NCBI GenBank assembly: GCA_002189035.1
Contig: CM007990.1
Coordinates: 2,604,001 to 2,668,000 of the forward strand
Origin: Utricularia gibba
Lineage: Eukaryota > Plantae > Magnoliophyta
Length of the DNA: 64,000 nucleotides
Direction of reading: 5' to 3'
The notes beneath the pieces were generated by a model. It was not told the origin of the DNA. It made no database searches and was given only the letters and a program-made list of their open reading frames with translations. Positions 1-13,599 of the stretch are shown piece by piece. How positions within the stretch are numbered: the stretch's first letter is position 1; each line of letters begins with the position of its first letter. A program made the translations under genes and the position numbers.

Positions 1-323
1 GTCCATGAGGCCGTTGGAATCGTGGTGTATGCCTTCTCCAATTGTACGATTTCATCATTTTGCATTGAAACTAGGGTTAGGGTTCTTGTGAATTTGCGTG
101 AAAAGGAATTAGCCAAAGTCAAATGCCCGAATATGGGATTTTACTTTATTGTAGTTGGTGACCCGATTTAATCGAATATTTCCAACTGATCAATTAGTTT
201 TTGGACCGAAAGTCCTAAAGTTTTCGAAATTGCTCAATAAAAGATTAAATTATCACCAAATTTAAAATGGGGACAAAAAAACTACAACATGTTTCAATTA
301 GGGATTAAATAATCAATTTCTCC
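1..323 (-). mobile_element. Probable Mutator-like (MULE) terminal region inserted into the gypsy pol gene
   Basis: Reverse complement of the end at about 323 reads GGGAGAAATTGATTATTTAATCCCT, resembling plant MULE TIR ends. Gypsy pol (PIIKAPNESLSFELMC) starts abruptly right after it. The partner TIR is outside the window. Confidence 0.45.
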
Positions 324-1141
324 CCTATTATCAAGGCCCCAAATGAGAGTCTCTCATTTGAACTAATGTGTTATGCAAATGATCTACTATGTGTCCAAGT
401 ATCTTGATAATGCCTAGAAGATATACACCATAATAGAAAAGAAGCTATTGGCCATTGTCTTTACCTTTGAGAAATTTCAATCATATTTTCTTGGAGCTAA
501 GGTCATAGGATATTCGGACCATGCCGCAATGAGATATCTTCTTACCAAGAAGGATTCAAAGCTTAGACTCATTTGATATATCTTATTGCTTCAAGAATAT
601 GATTTGGAGATTAATGACAAGAAGAGATGCAAGAATCTAGTGGAAAATCACCTTAGCCAAATCACTTAGAAAAATCAAGTCTTATCGATGATAATTTCCT
701 GTACAAACACTTATTCATGATCCATGAAGACAGTCCTTGGTACGCTGATATTATAAATTATTTGGTGACTAGGCAATTCCTTGAAGATTTCCATCACTAC
801 TAGAAGGAGAAACTAAAGAGTGACGGCTTGAATTTTATTTGGGACGATCCATATCTCTAGAAAATTGATATTGATTAGATTATTAGGAGATGCATCCCTC
901 AAGATGAAGTGCACTCTATTCTTTCCCATTGTGATAAGTTGCCTTGTAATGGACACTTTGGTACAAAAATAACTGCAAAGAAGTTCTTGGAAGCTGGATT
1001 TTATTGGCCTACAATATACAAGGATGTCTATCTTTATTGCAAAGCATGCCCAAATTGTCAAAGAGAAAGAAACTTGGAATACAAGAATCAAGTGCCCCTT
1101 CAACTCATTATCATGTGTGAGATTTTTCATACGTGGAGCAT

Positions 1142-2540
1142 TGATGACACACATTTTCTCTGAATTTTATAATAAAAAATAATTATATTTTATTGTGGTT
1201 TAGGTTAGATAAATGTGGTTTTTCATGTTTATGTGTGTTTAAGTTAATTTGTGTGTTTATATTAAAAAGTGGACTAAATCCTTTGATTTAGTCCACCACC
1301 TTTGTTACTAATGTTTGACTAAGTTCAGCAGGGAGATCAACCGAAAAATCAGACTTATAAATGTGTAGAACAAGTGAAAAATGGCGACATACCCGAAGAG
1401 AGACAAAGAGCATTGTTCTGCCGCCGCATGCAGTTTGCAAGTTCAAGTCGGGAACAGTGATGGGGTTAGGAACAGTGCAATGGAGTGAAGGAGGGGAGAT
1501 ATTTTTCGAAAAGGGGATAGAGCGGGAACAACAAAGAGCGGAGGAGCGCAGAACACATGCAAGGGGGTTTCTCCCCCAACGCGAAAAAAAATACCAATTA
1601 GAAGAGGAGAAGGAGGCCCTCATCGTCAAGAGCAGCACCAGAGCCCAGTCCAGCGCTACTATTCCGACCTGTAAATAGTAGCAACAGGGTGACAGAACAA
1701 TCTTTATTTCCTTTCAGTTTTATGAACGTTTCGAGTTTCTGTATCTGACTTGCTTATAATGTTCCTGTTATTTTCGCCACATTATTTGAATTGAATCGTG
1801 TTTTCTTTTCCAAGTATGAGTAGCTAAAGCCTTAGGGATTTCTTAAGGTGAAGTATGGTGGTGTGTGCTTAGGGTTAATAATGAAATTTATGTTTGTATC
1901 TTAGCTCTTGTTTCTATCAATCCATGGATAGACCTAAGGAGAGGAATAAGTAGCTTCACAACTTAGATGCTTGATTTAGAGGTAGACTAACAAATCAAGA
2001 TGGAAGAAGTAGGTATTAGTCTGGGGTAGAACCAGTAGAACCAAGTAAACCTAGTTCTATGTACTATGCATGCGGGTAGACCTAATTGCAATGTTGGTTA
2101 TGATATTGGGGACTAGCTTAGCCGAAAATATGACAAATGACCTGGGTAGACTTGGGTTATTTGAAGTTGTGAGTGTAGGAACATGGTAAATTAAATTAGG
2201 CACCTAAGCATCACACCACCTGTAGACCCTTAAGGCATCTTCGTATTATTCTGAGTTAGAACCAGTACTTGTTACCTTTAGCATTGAGACTTGATATTGT
2301 TTACTGATCTTGTTTACCGAACTTGTTTGCCACTGTTGGTCCGAGCTTAGACTAAGACCACTGTATTCCGAATTATACATGTACTAAAACACTTAGCAAG
2401 CACAAGCCTTTGTGATCGACCCCGACATCTACTATACAAGTTTTCTAAATTTGTATTTTGTGTAGATTAGGGCTTATAAATTTATTTGATATGTAGAGTT
2501 GCTTTATTTGCAACGACATTGCTAAAATTTCCATTTATCA
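1142..2540 (+). mobile_element. Athila-family solo LTR with 5-bp TSD AGCAT
   Basis: TGATGACAC...CATTTATCA; AGCAT at 1137-1141 and 2541-2545; splits the integrase WSID motif; homologous to the LTRs at 2945 and 50748. Confidence 0.9.
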
Positions 2541-2944
2541 AGCATCGACTATTATGGGACTGTTACCTCCCTGCCAAGGGAAACTCTACATTATGCTTGC
2601 TGTGATTATATCTCAAAATGGGTGAAAACCATTGCTTGTGAGAGAGACGATACAAAAATCACGGGATATTTCTTGATCACTATTTAATTCCCACGATTTG
2701 GACATCCCAAGATTATTATCTTTGATCGTGGGACCTATTTTGTGAATTGTGCCATCAAGTGTGCATTGGCCAAGTATGGAGTAAAACACCACTTTTCCAT
2801 AGCTAGACACCCTCAAACAAATGGCATGACGAAGATATCACATAGAGAATTGAAGAGGATCTTGAAGTAGACCGTGAGATTGGAGTGTAAGTCAATGATA
2901 CACTATGGGCACATCATAATACATACAAGAATCCCATCCAAATG

Positions 2945-3720
2945 TGATAACACACGAATTTTCCTATTATTAGAGTAAGAAAATTATGCTTTTGAATCAT
3001 GCATTAAGTGTTTATCTTATAGTTTTTAGTATTTTTACCAAATTTTAGGACATAATGTGATTTTATGTGTTAATGGGCTAAATCCTTTGATTTAGCCCAT
3101 CCCATGTTATTAACATTTTGTCTAGTCCAGCAGCAAAGTTGTAAAATCAGAGAGGAGACATGAATTTCGTGCAAGTAGAGATTTGGAAGAATGGACAGCA
3201 TTAAAAGAGGAGATATAATGCACTATTCAGTCGTCCACAGTCTGTAGGTTCAGGCCAGGAACAGTACAGATGTCAGGAACATTAAACTGATTTTGAAAAA
3301 TGGAAAAAAATGTGAAGATATTTTTGGAGAAGTGAGAAGTAAGAGAACGTGAGCAGACCCGACGAGGGGGCTTCTCCCCAAGAGGATGAGCACTAAACTA
3401 GGAGAGGAGAAGAAGAACTTCATCCTCAAGAATAGCATAAGAGCCCAGTCCAGTGCTACTGTTCCGGCTAGGGAACAGTAGCAGACGGAAACCAGAACTC
3501 TTACTGCTTTATTTTCGTTTGTTGATGTTTTCAGTTTCTGGAACTAACTCTTTCATGATGTTCTTAACATTTTCATTGCTTTATGTTAATGTTATCATGT
3601 TTTACCTTCAAATTTGTATTTTGTGTAGATTAGGGATTATAAATTTATTTGATACGGATTTTCTATTTTTATTGCAACAATATTAGGATTTTCGTTTATC
3701 AAATTGGTGCCGTTTCTGCA
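2945..3720 (+). mobile_element. Athila-family 5' LTR (internally deleted) plus PBS
   Basis: TGATAACAC...GTTTATCA (2945-3701) followed by AATTGGTGCCGTT, resembling the Athila tRNA-Asp PBS TGGCGCCGTTG. No TSD; a few host integrase codons are missing at the junction. Confidence 0.8.
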
Positions 3721-3985
3721 AGATTTCTGGTAAGGCATGTCATCTTCCCTTTGATCTTTATCATAAGGAATACTCGGTCATCAAGTCATGCAGCATGACT
3801 AGCAACCAGGTAGAGAGAACAGGTTTTTGGATTTGAATGAACTAAAGGAAATTCGATTCAATGCCTACACCAACCAACTCCTGCACAAGAAAAAGGTAAA
3901 AGGTTTTCATGATAGTAAGTTGCATGTGAAACAATTTTTAGTTGGTCAAAAAGTTCTTTTGTTTGATACTATATTGAAACTCCTT

Positions 3986-6900
3986 GTGGGAAAAAGAGTT
4001 TTTGGAGAAAGAGTTTCTCCTCAAAGAAGCAAGTGGGAGTCGTTTTGAACTTGAGGAGATGTTTGAGAACGAGCCAGTGACACCTATAGAGATGCCAGTG
4101 GGTGACTCAAAAGGTAATCTAGGCTCACCATCTCGAAATTGTGTCCCAGAAGCTTGTAATGTACCAGTGAGCAATCAACCTGAGCAATCTGACTTGCCAA
4201 ATGTACCAAGCACGTTTTCTGCCAGAAGATCAGTCCGACAACGTAACCCTATTGTGAGATATGGTTTCATTGTTGATGCCGAAGGCATGGGAGACCTCAT
4301 ATTAGATGAGGAACCTTGGACTTATGACGAAGCAATCAATAGTGCTGAGTCAAGTAAATGACTTGTTGCCATGAGGGCAGAAATGGATTCCATGTATGAG
4401 AACAATGTTTGGACATTGGTCAATGCTCCAAAGGGAGTAAATCCTATTGGATGCAAATGGGTATTCAAAAGGAAAACTGACATGGATGGAAATATATCTA
4501 CCTATAAGGCACGACTTGTGGCAAAAAGATATCGTCATAAACAAAGTGTTGATTCTGATGTAACCTTGTTGCCTATGGCTAAGTCTATTCGATTTTGCTT
4601 GCCATTGCTGCTCATTTTGATTATGAGATGTGGCAGATGGATATGAGAGGAAGTGTACATGACACAACCTGAAGGTTTTACACAAGATCCTAGTAAAGTG
4701 TGTAAACTGAACAAATCCATCTATGGGCTTTAGCAAGCTTCAAGAAGTGGGAACATCAAATTTGATGAGACAATCAAAGAGTTTGGTTTCTCTCAAAATG
4801 AAGATAAACCTTGTGTATACAAGAAGGTAGATGGCTTGACAATCGTATTTCTCATACTATATGTGGATGACATATTAGTAATGGGAAATGATGTTGCAAC
4901 AATGCAATCAGTAAAAATTTGGTTATCCAAGAGCTTTCCAATGAAAGATCTTGGAGGTGTGGCTTATATATAGGGCATAAAGATCTATAGGGATAGATCA
5001 AAGAAACTTATTGGATTATCACAATCGACCTACATCGATAAAGTGTTAAAGAGGTTTAACATGGTTGATTCCAAAAGAGGTTTATTGCCCATGACACCCA
5101 AGGCACTTTCAAAAGTGATGTGCCCCAAAATAGAAGAAGATAGGGATTATATGGCTCGAATTCCACATGCTTCTCCTATTAGGTCAACAATGTATACCAC
5201 TATGTGTACTAGACTAGATGTGTCATATGCTTTAAGTGTTGCAAGCAGATATCAATCGAACTCTAGAATGGATCATTGGACTGCATTCAAGAGCATTCTT
5301 AAGTACTTAAGAAGGACTAAAGACATGTTCCTGATTTATGGTGGTCAAGATCTCGAAATGGGAGAATATGTTTCCAATCTCATTTGACTTGACGTCTCAA
5401 TCAATATACATATTCACCCTAAATGGAGGTGCAGTCACTTAGAAAAGTTCTAAGCAAGATTGCTCATTCACAATGGAACTAGAACGTCCATGGAGTACAT
5501 GGAGTCCATTGGTATGAGATACATCAATGATTGGCTCTAGTACAAGTGGGAGATTGTTAGTGCATGTGTTCTAGAGACAATCAACTCATTGGCAAATCTT
5601 ATCTTATGATATTTACTTTGAATTGTGATCAAATTTATATCATTGATAAAATCCTCTACTTGATCTATGTGCTATAGAAATTATGATGAGATCATAATGT
5701 GAGATTCTTCAAGCACTTATGATCAAGTTAAAAACTCCCTAGCTAGAGTATTTGTGAAATGAGGATATCACAAATACGGATAAGTTGGCACACATTGAGT
5801 TCCCTAAATTGTTTAGGCAATGGTTCTCACAATTGATGTAATCAGATTACTAGAACCTATGTGTGGGTGTCGATTAGAGAATCGATTCACTGGATGACTC
5901 ATCTTCGAGATGCTACTATGGGAAGCTAACCAAGTGTCAGTAGCAAGATCTCGAATATGACAGCCGTGCAAGTAAGCTTAGACTTGAGGTCAACAAAGTT
6001 ATCTTGATCTTAAGCTCACATTTTCGCTCATTACTAATGGGAGCCTAACCATGGCTTGCCTAGTATGGATGAGTAGGGATGTGACTCCTTAAGGTTGGAG
6101 ATAGTTGATTGATCAATAAAGGATTCATCACTCATGTTAGCGATGAGATCATATCTCAAGTAATTGCATCAAAATCTAACAGTAAGTCCTGGGTCCAGGG
6201 TAATGACACTCGAATTGTTTGAGTAGATCATTGAGTGTTAGTGCTTGAATGCAATTATAAGTTCGATACATCAGAAAGACACACACCCATGTTCTGGTAC
6301 CGAATGAGATATAAGTATGATGAAAGCTGTTCATTGCATGGTGGCTGGTCATGAAAAGGCTCAATCAGTTCACCTGATTATTCTTTAATCTTGGGGATCA
6401 TGATATGTTGCTAGATATCACTCATGATCGATAATGATGGATTTGATTAATTAAGAGTTAATTAATAAATCCATTATTACGGCCTTGATTGAGGAAGCCT
6501 ATAGGGTCATACACAATAGTGGAGTCACTCATCGATATAAAATAAAATGACACAATTACATGAGATGTAATTGGTAAAGTGGATAAATTAAATAGAGAAT
6601 TATTTTGAGATTAATATTGATTAAACTCAAAATAAAAGATCTCATATAGATATGATTTGATATGTCACAAAATATCTATAAAAAGATTTAGATCTTGAGA
6701 TCTGCTTCAAGGGTCTTCGTGCTCTCAGAGACTAATCCACATGGAGGCGTTTTTCTCTACTAGCACCTGAGGAATTCGACTAGCATTCAAGAGCCTTGAG
6801 AAGGTTATCGACGGAGTGCTCCACGTGTGGACACCATAGAGGCCATCTCCTATTGGCGGTTGGTGAACAACGGAGTCATCTGAAAGGTATTTCAGCATCC

Positions 6901-7004
6901 CTTAGTCTGATGTATACCGTATTCCAAGATCTGCGGTGGGGGTTTCTCAAAATTTTAAAATTCCGCTGCTTTTGAGACATACGATGTCTACGAGAAACCC
7001 AACA
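3986..7004 (+). mobile_element. 5'-truncated Ty1/copia element (Angela-like): integrase C-terminus, RT, partial RNase H, PPT, 3' LTR
   Basis: FLEKEFLLKEASGS, EMDSMYENNVWTLV..GCKWVFKRK..YKARLVAK, YVDDI, YLRRTKD; PPT CAAGTGGGAGAT (5543-5554) followed by LTR TGTTAGTGCATG...GAAACCCAACA (5555-7004). Confidence 0.88.
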
Positions 7005-7800
7005 GCATGAGACTTGCAAGAGACAAAATACCGACATTTTGTGGCTTGTACGTGACTTAGATCCATTGTGGGCAAAAGACTAACACTATTTAGAGGCCCA
7101 TGACCTACGACTTCTCAAAGTCTGCAATAATGATTGATCGTTTAATTGAACGAATAGGAAAGTTGGCTGCATACAAAAGACAAAAAAAAAAAATATGAAA
7201 AGAAAATTTGAGACACTTGGAATCGAACTTTTTGACTCACTTTTTGCACTATCAATTTTGTTCTTCCTCTTTACTATAGGGAGGAACAAGATATTTAGCT
7301 TTCTGTTTTCATTTTCTATTTTTATGGCTATTCATGGATAGACTTTGTTAGTTTCTAAGAATTGATGAAGTTTACTTCAATATCTTGAGCAACAATCTTG
7401 ATTTTTTTCTGAATTTTTTCTGGATTTCACATATTTCCACGTGTCATGTTGCAATTTTTTCATAACGTTTCCTCGCAGATTTTGATGAAGAGTAAGGTGA
7501 AGAGCACCATCTTTGACTGTATTGGTTTGAGTAAGATAACGAATTGTTTGTAATTGGGAGACTTCAATGATGGATGGATAGTGACTTCGTACTCGTCATT
7601 AGTCATTGGCAACAACTAGACACATACACAAAATTTGATTTTGAGGGCAATCGACGACAATCATATTATCCTCTCAATTGTTCAAGAGAGAATCATATGA
7701 AATTATTCCCACGCCTCTTTGTAAAAGAGTGTAAGGGAGATTACACTATTACTTGCTCTTATAAGAACATCTTTAGTGGTTTCCATAAATGCTTATGTGG
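7005..7800 (+). mobile_element. LTR fragment, diverged paralog of 8310-9120
   Basis: Collinear similarity by eye (e.g. GAAGAGCACCA, GAGTGTAAG, ATGAAGTTTACTTC) to the LTR at 8055-9320 and to 28540-28700. Confidence 0.6.
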
Positions 7801-7964
7801 CTTTCTTTTATTGAGTTTCCTTTATGAAGTTTCTTAATTTACTTTTTTAATTTTCAGAAAGATTCTTTATTATTTAAAACATAAATTTCGTAATATTAAA
7901 ACATTTTGAACACAAAACATAATGCAAAATTAGTTGAATAACTACTAATCATAGAATACATCAA

Positions 7965-10500
7965 TTGAAATTTGTCCAAATATACTCGATCAAATCTGTT
8001 TTCAGGTGACGATGGATACTACTATCACGAAAATGCTCCACTCATCCTAGATAATGTTGCATATTCATTCCAACATCTTTGCAACTTTCTGGGGTGTGAA
8101 GTATCATTTTCTAGTTTATTATGAGGTATTATTATGTGTTAATCTAATGTTAAATCGTCTAATTAGGAATTATATTGACAAGTAATTGATTTTCCTAGAA
8201 AAATCCTATTTTACTATTTTGTATATACTTTCTTTATTTTTTTCATGCATTTTGACCAAGATATGTCAGGAGGTAGTCGTGGAGTATTGTAGGAGTATTG
8301 CAAGAGGTCAGACTTTGACTTTTCGAGTCTTGCACGCGACTTGGAAGTATTGAAGGCAAAAAATTGACGTTGGTCAAAGCTCTTGACTTATGGCATGTCA
8401 GAGTCTGCAGCAATGATTGGGCGCTAACTTGCACGCAAAGGAAAACTGGTGGTGCACACAAGACAAAAGGAATGATGGGAAGAGGACCAAAGTAGTTAAG
8501 GTACGTGAGGAGTGAGATAAAAACCAACTTGGAACACTTGTTTGAGAACTTTTTGACTTCCTTTTCACACTTATTTTTGTACTTAGAACTTTTGGGTTCT
8601 TCCTCCCCTCCAAGGAGGAAAAATACTTAGCTTCCATTTTTCGTTTCTGTTTTCATGGTCCTTTGTGACTAAAAACCCTTTAGTTTCTGGGAGTACATGA
8701 AGTTTACTTCCAAGCCCTGAGCAATACACTCGATTCTTTATTGAATTCATTTCGGATTTCGCAAACTTCCACGTATCTTGTTGCAGTCTCTCTATAACGA
8801 CTCCTAGTCAAGGTCCATGAGTAGCAGGCCACTCCTCGCGGATTTTGGTGAAGATCAAGGGGAAGAGCACCAACTCCAACCCTACCGATTCGTGGAAAGT
8901 AGCGGATTGTTTGTAGCCGAGGTACCGTGATAGTGGACAGGTAGTGACCTCGTGCCTGCCACTGGCCATGGGCAACAGTTGGGCACATGCACGCAATTCG
9001 GTTTTGAAGGCAATCCTCTTGTCTCCTCAATTGTCCAAGGAGGAACCACATGAGACTATTCCCGAACCTTCTTGTCAATTAGAGTGTAAGAGAGAGTAGG
9101 CTATTCCTGGCTCCTATAACCAGTTATTCAGAAGGAATTAGTGAAGACCAAGGTGAGGATAGACAAAGGAAGGAGACGGAATCTCATTCCTAGGAACTGC
9201 GTCTCGTAGTCAAGGCCAATCACTTAGGTTGTAACTTTTATTTCTGCATTTGAAAACCCTCTTTTGCAAAACCGTGACATTTTGTAAAAGTTTTCTATAA
9301 AACACTTTTCACGAAAAACAATTATCTGAGATCGATACTCGTACTATGCTCTTTTGTGTTTTATGTTTTATATATTTAAAATTTGTTGAGGAAAGGACAC
9401 ACAACAATGAGGGTTGGACTATCATAGATCGATCATACTCTTCTACAACAGTATCTTTAGGAATAGAATGTCCTTCACTTTCAACAATCATATTATGCAG
9501 TTTAATACCTACATACATGATATCCCATAAAGTTTTTCGATCTCAAGTTCTTGCTGGAGATGTTAGTGCCCCGAATTGACTTTGCAATATTCCAAAAGTA
9601 TGCTCTATGTCTTTTCTAGCACTCTTCTAGAATTGAGCAAAAAAACGTGCTTTTTGCCCTTGTGGAAGTATTATAATAGATTTTACGAACACAGCCCAAA
9701 CAAGATAAATGACATCAGTCAAATAATATCCCATATCATAAGTAGAACCATTTATAGTGAATTGCACTTGAGGGGCAACACCGTTACGTAACGCATTTAG
9801 TAATGAAGAATATTATAAAACATTGAGATCATTATTTGCACTTGACATTCCAAAAAAAGCCAAATGCATATATATGTAGAGGTTATTGCTTCTAACATAA
9901 GTGATGGTTTGCCTGGGAAGCCTCGAGATTCCTCTCAAGCAAGCAAACGTTCCAAATTTTCAATTGTGGGAGCTCTCAAATATTGTTCTGAAAAGCAAAT
10001 ATGAGTAGCGACAACAAAATGCTGAATACATTATATCAGTGTTGCCTCTTCAATTCGAATATATTCATCTACACTATTAGCACAAAAACCATAAGCTAAA
10101 ATATGTATAGAAACCGTGTACTTTTGCTAAAGCCTCAGCCCCACACGGCCCATGCAATCTATTTTTTCTTGAGAAAACAAATCTTGACTATGGATAATGT
10201 CAACTATTTTTTCAAATAAAGATCTTTTCATTTAAAATCTCCTGTGGAATTTTTCATTGGTGTAAATTGCATCATTGTAAAAATAATCAATCATGAACCT
10301 TTTATGTCCTAGTTCACGGTTACGCTCCATAGATTGGCATGGTTGTTGATGCCTTGAGGTTTTTTGTTGCTCCAGATATGTTTCATTGAGGATGAAATCA
10401 AATCCCTGTTGAATGACTACAATATAATCAACAACATCTTCTACAAAAAACTTCACTGTATGGCTCCCAAAGGGTTAATCCATGATTTGAATGGAATTCA
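7965..10500 (-). pseudogene. Pong-like PIF/Harbinger DDE transposase remnant
   Basis: ERNRELGHKRFMIDYF..DAIYTNEKFHRRF (10232-10330); ESRGFPG; PSLMLEAIT..IW.FFGMSSANNDLNVL (about 9820-9900); IKLHNMIVESE (about 9500); C-terminus FRDSSIHRHLKTDLIEYIWTNFN* (7965-8035). Internal deletion and stops. Confidence 0.85.
8055..9320 (+). mobile_element. Gypsy-type LTR inserted in the Pong transposase 3' end
   Basis: TGTTGCAT...GAAAAACA; transposase sequence is present on both sides; no clean TSD, boundaries approximate. Confidence 0.6.
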
Positions 10501-10979
10501 AATTACATTTAGGTTCTTAAATAGATAAAATTTTAAACTACCTTCTTTTATTATCATGTACCATTTTAAATTTTATCACTCTTTAATTTTATTTATCACT
10601 TTTATTTTAACCTACCATTTTTTAATTTTATTTGCCAGTTTAATTTTCATCTACCACCATTCAATTTTATCTACCACTTTTTATTTTATCTAACAATATA
10701 AGTTACACCTATCATTTTTATATTCACCTAACAATATTATTTGAACCTAATAATATTATTTATAGTTGTATAGTTTAAATAAAATCCAATGTCTATAAAA
10801 ATAAAATAACATACGTAGATCAAGCTGAATCCAAATATCAATAAAGTCAAGTAATCATCAATTTCAAAATAAACAAAATAATATTAAAAGACAAATCATT
10901 TCAAGTTCGAAAGATCATCGATACAATTCAAAATCCAATCAATCATCCGAAACAAAGAGATTAACACATGCATTATGCT

Positions 10980-11680
10980 CTTTACCTTTTCAAATGCCAT
11001 GAGCTATAGTTATGCTCTTAGCCTTTGCAAGACCATGAAATGCTATGCCATACACTCTATTTTATTCAAATAAATTCCTCATTAGTAGCACTAGTAGAAT
11101 CCATCAATTGTTTCTCTTGTGCTTTATAATTCGTAATCTTTTGTCTTATAGGCCTTTCTTCTTTTTCAACACTTGGAGAAGATTCTCAAGGTGTAATACG
11201 TTGTTCATTAGATCCAATTTTCAAGATTTCCTCCAAATCTTTTCCAATGGCATAATTTGTTATCTTGCGAAAAATACGTACACTTATACATGATGGAATT
11301 TCATATCCACAAAAAAATAAAAGTATATGTACCGACATCTATTTCGGCTCAAAACACAAAACTTCTTAACACTTAATATCAAAAAAATATGTCTTTTCTT
11401 CACTCTTGAATAGCTGTAAAGCTTGGAGTTCAAAATCATATTCCTTGTAACTATTTTCTCCTCTTGACATTACTCTATCCATACAACCTCCGAATTCGGT
11501 ACAATTACAATTTAGAGTATTCCACTTGTACCTTATTGTATCCATGATTTGAGGAATGACATGTGGAGCTTTATGGTAGCAATCAAAAACTTTCTTCCAA
11601 AAACTATTTCTTTTTTGTAAATTTCCATGTATTGGATTCTTACTATCATTATGCGGTAGGAAATCGGTCCTGTTGGACTC
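10980..11680 (-). pseudogene. Pong-like ORF1 (Myb/SANT-like, NAM-associated domain) remnant
   Basis: SKNPIHGNLQKRNSFWKKVFDCYHK (about 11570-11645), KWNTL..TEFGGC, ERPIRQK; same strand and upstream of the transposase, as in Pong elements. Confidence 0.75.
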
Positions 11681-11747
11681 GTACGATTTTCAGGTTGTAA
11701 ATCGGGTTTTAAAGAATCCAATTTGTAAAATACCGATTCTGGGTTAT

Positions 11748-12118
11748 TGTTGAGAGCAAAAGAAATAAAAGGATACAAGAGTTTTTACGTGAAAACTACC
11801 AAGAGACGGAAAAATCACGGAGCTATTTGAGGTTATAAGAGAAGTGGTTCACTAATGAAGGAGGAACGAAGAATACAAAGTAAAATGTCAAGCGTTCAAC
11901 CCTCTCGTCTCCGAATTCCATTATATTTATAGAGAGAGCCGATCCAACCGAAATCTGCAGGTGTCGACTACTTTCTACGCTTGTTAGTCGTATTGTGGTC
12001 CTGCTGACAGATAACCACCTACTGCTTTGACATCCTTATAATTTGGCTGCTTTTAAGACTGCCCAAAATGGTCGTTGTAGCCCAGTTCTGATACGTATCG
12101 ATCTATCTGCTCGCAACA
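11748..12118 (-). mobile_element. Short LTR related to the Tat-family LTR
   Basis: TG...CA ends; shares TTTTACGTG-AAAC-ACC..AGACGGAAAAA-CACGGAGCT with 36125-36623; no TSD (GTTAT vs AGGTG). Confidence 0.55.
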
Positions 12119-12149
12119 AGGTGTCAGGATGCTTTGTCAAGGTGACTAA

Positions 12150-13370
12150 AATTTAGTTGCAAAGAGGACAAGGAGCAAAACTAGGAAGCGAAAAGAATCA
12201 GAACCAGAAATAGAGGAACTAGAAGAAAATATTGATGAGGAAGAGATAGAAACAATGAGATATATTTTTGCCTAACTCAGTTCTATTGTTTTTAAGTTCA
12301 AATAGACATGCGGAGGAAGAGAAAGGAAAATCGCAATGGAAAATGACCACTAGGGGCATCCCCTACTTCAAGCACCATACACAGATGCTCAACCTCAAGT
12401 ACTTCTATATTAATAATGAAGAATTCACAGCTAGGTATAACGAGGTAAAAGGGGCAAAGGTGATGCCTTGTCGGATCATATATTTCAAAATATTGGTGGA
12501 ATTATGTATAGTTACTCATGTTTATTCAATTCTAGAAAATTCTGTGCTGCTGCTTACTTTTTATGATATGAACCATCCTTCTTATGTTGAGTTGATATAT
12601 GAGTTTGCTTCCACTTTCTATTATGAAAAGTTAGAAACTATGCTTACATCAGAGGCAATTACCTTCAGACTAGTAGGAAAGGATTTTTCATTTTCATTGC
12701 TGAATGGAATGTAGGTTTAAGTTTTTGTTTAGAATAGCATGTTGAATCACATGAGTTTGCTACTTCTTTGTTTGATTATCCTGATGATTTCAATAGTAAG
12801 GAGGTATATGAAATTTTGATTGATCAACATGTTATAGAATTTAAATCTAAGAGGACAAAAGTTGATTTATTGATAGACCGTGCTATGCAGTATGTTCACC
12901 GACTTATTTATGCTGCGCTTTTCAGAAGAACCTTAGGATTTAATTCTTTGTATAAACGTGAATTGCTTGTCATGTGACGCTTGCTACACAAGAAATTCTT
13001 GAATCTAAGAATGATTTTAGCAGAATAAATGAACAGGGATTATCGAAAGAATACGATAAACCACCTTGGGTTCGGTAATGTTATCATTCATATTGCCCAA
13101 AGGTTTTGCTTTGATAAAAAAAATTTGAGTTAGAGTTCTTTCATGTGGAAACGAAATTAGCTCCTTTGAATGCATACTTTCTTAAAATTGCTAGACTAAT
13201 TCAAGCTAGAGGTGGAGGTTTTATTTTTAAATCTCTAGCTGAACTTTTCATCATGTCATTGTTCCTCATAGATAAAGATTCCCTTATGATTCTTGTGTCA
13301 TTTGGGAATCACATAGCAATATTAGATTATTATTTTTATATGAATAGTAGTTTCAATATTGTTTAATTTT
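12150..13370 (+). pseudogene. Athila accessory ORF (env-like / plant transposon protein) remnant
   Basis: RGIPYFKHHTQMLNLKY...DMNHPSYVELIYEFASTF; collinear with the inverted copy at 62180-62900. Confidence 0.7.
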
Positions 13371-13599
13371 TATTTTTTTATTTCATTATATTTGTGTGCT
13401 ACTATTAGATAACTTATGTAACTTATTTCCAAATTTTGATTACTCGCATTTTTATCATATTTGGCTTTCTTAAAATTTAAGTTATGCTTCTAGTAATGTA
13501 TATAATTAAGATTCAATTCAATTATTACAACTTACATAAAATACAAATTTTGAAAGTTGAATATTGTAATCTTGCTATTATATTTGCAATCTTATAAAA

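Larger units (their letters stand above)
324..3985 (+). mobile_element. Degenerate Athila-type Ty3/gypsy pol (RNase H + integrase), interrupted twice by LTRs
   Basis: RNase H remnants ([28 protein letters not shown]); integrase zinc finger HSILSHC..GHFG...GFYWPTIYKD...CPNCQR (909-1141); core resumes at 2541 (DYISKWV, DRGTYF, HPQTNG); C-terminus GKACHLP...DLNELKEIRFNAY at 3730-3985. Many stops and frameshifts. Confidence 0.9.

Noticed and set aside
1-65. Minus-strand ATG ORF ending ...PTASWT at the window edge, reminiscent of GRF zinc-finger genes in MULEs
   Set aside because: Too short and truncated by the window; expected cysteines are absent.
12260-12305. Intron-like segment (CTAAC, T-rich, AG) at a frame break shared by both Athila accessory ORF copies
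   Set aside because: Only 46-47 nt and neither copy has a GT donor; the poly-T frameshifts differ between the copies.
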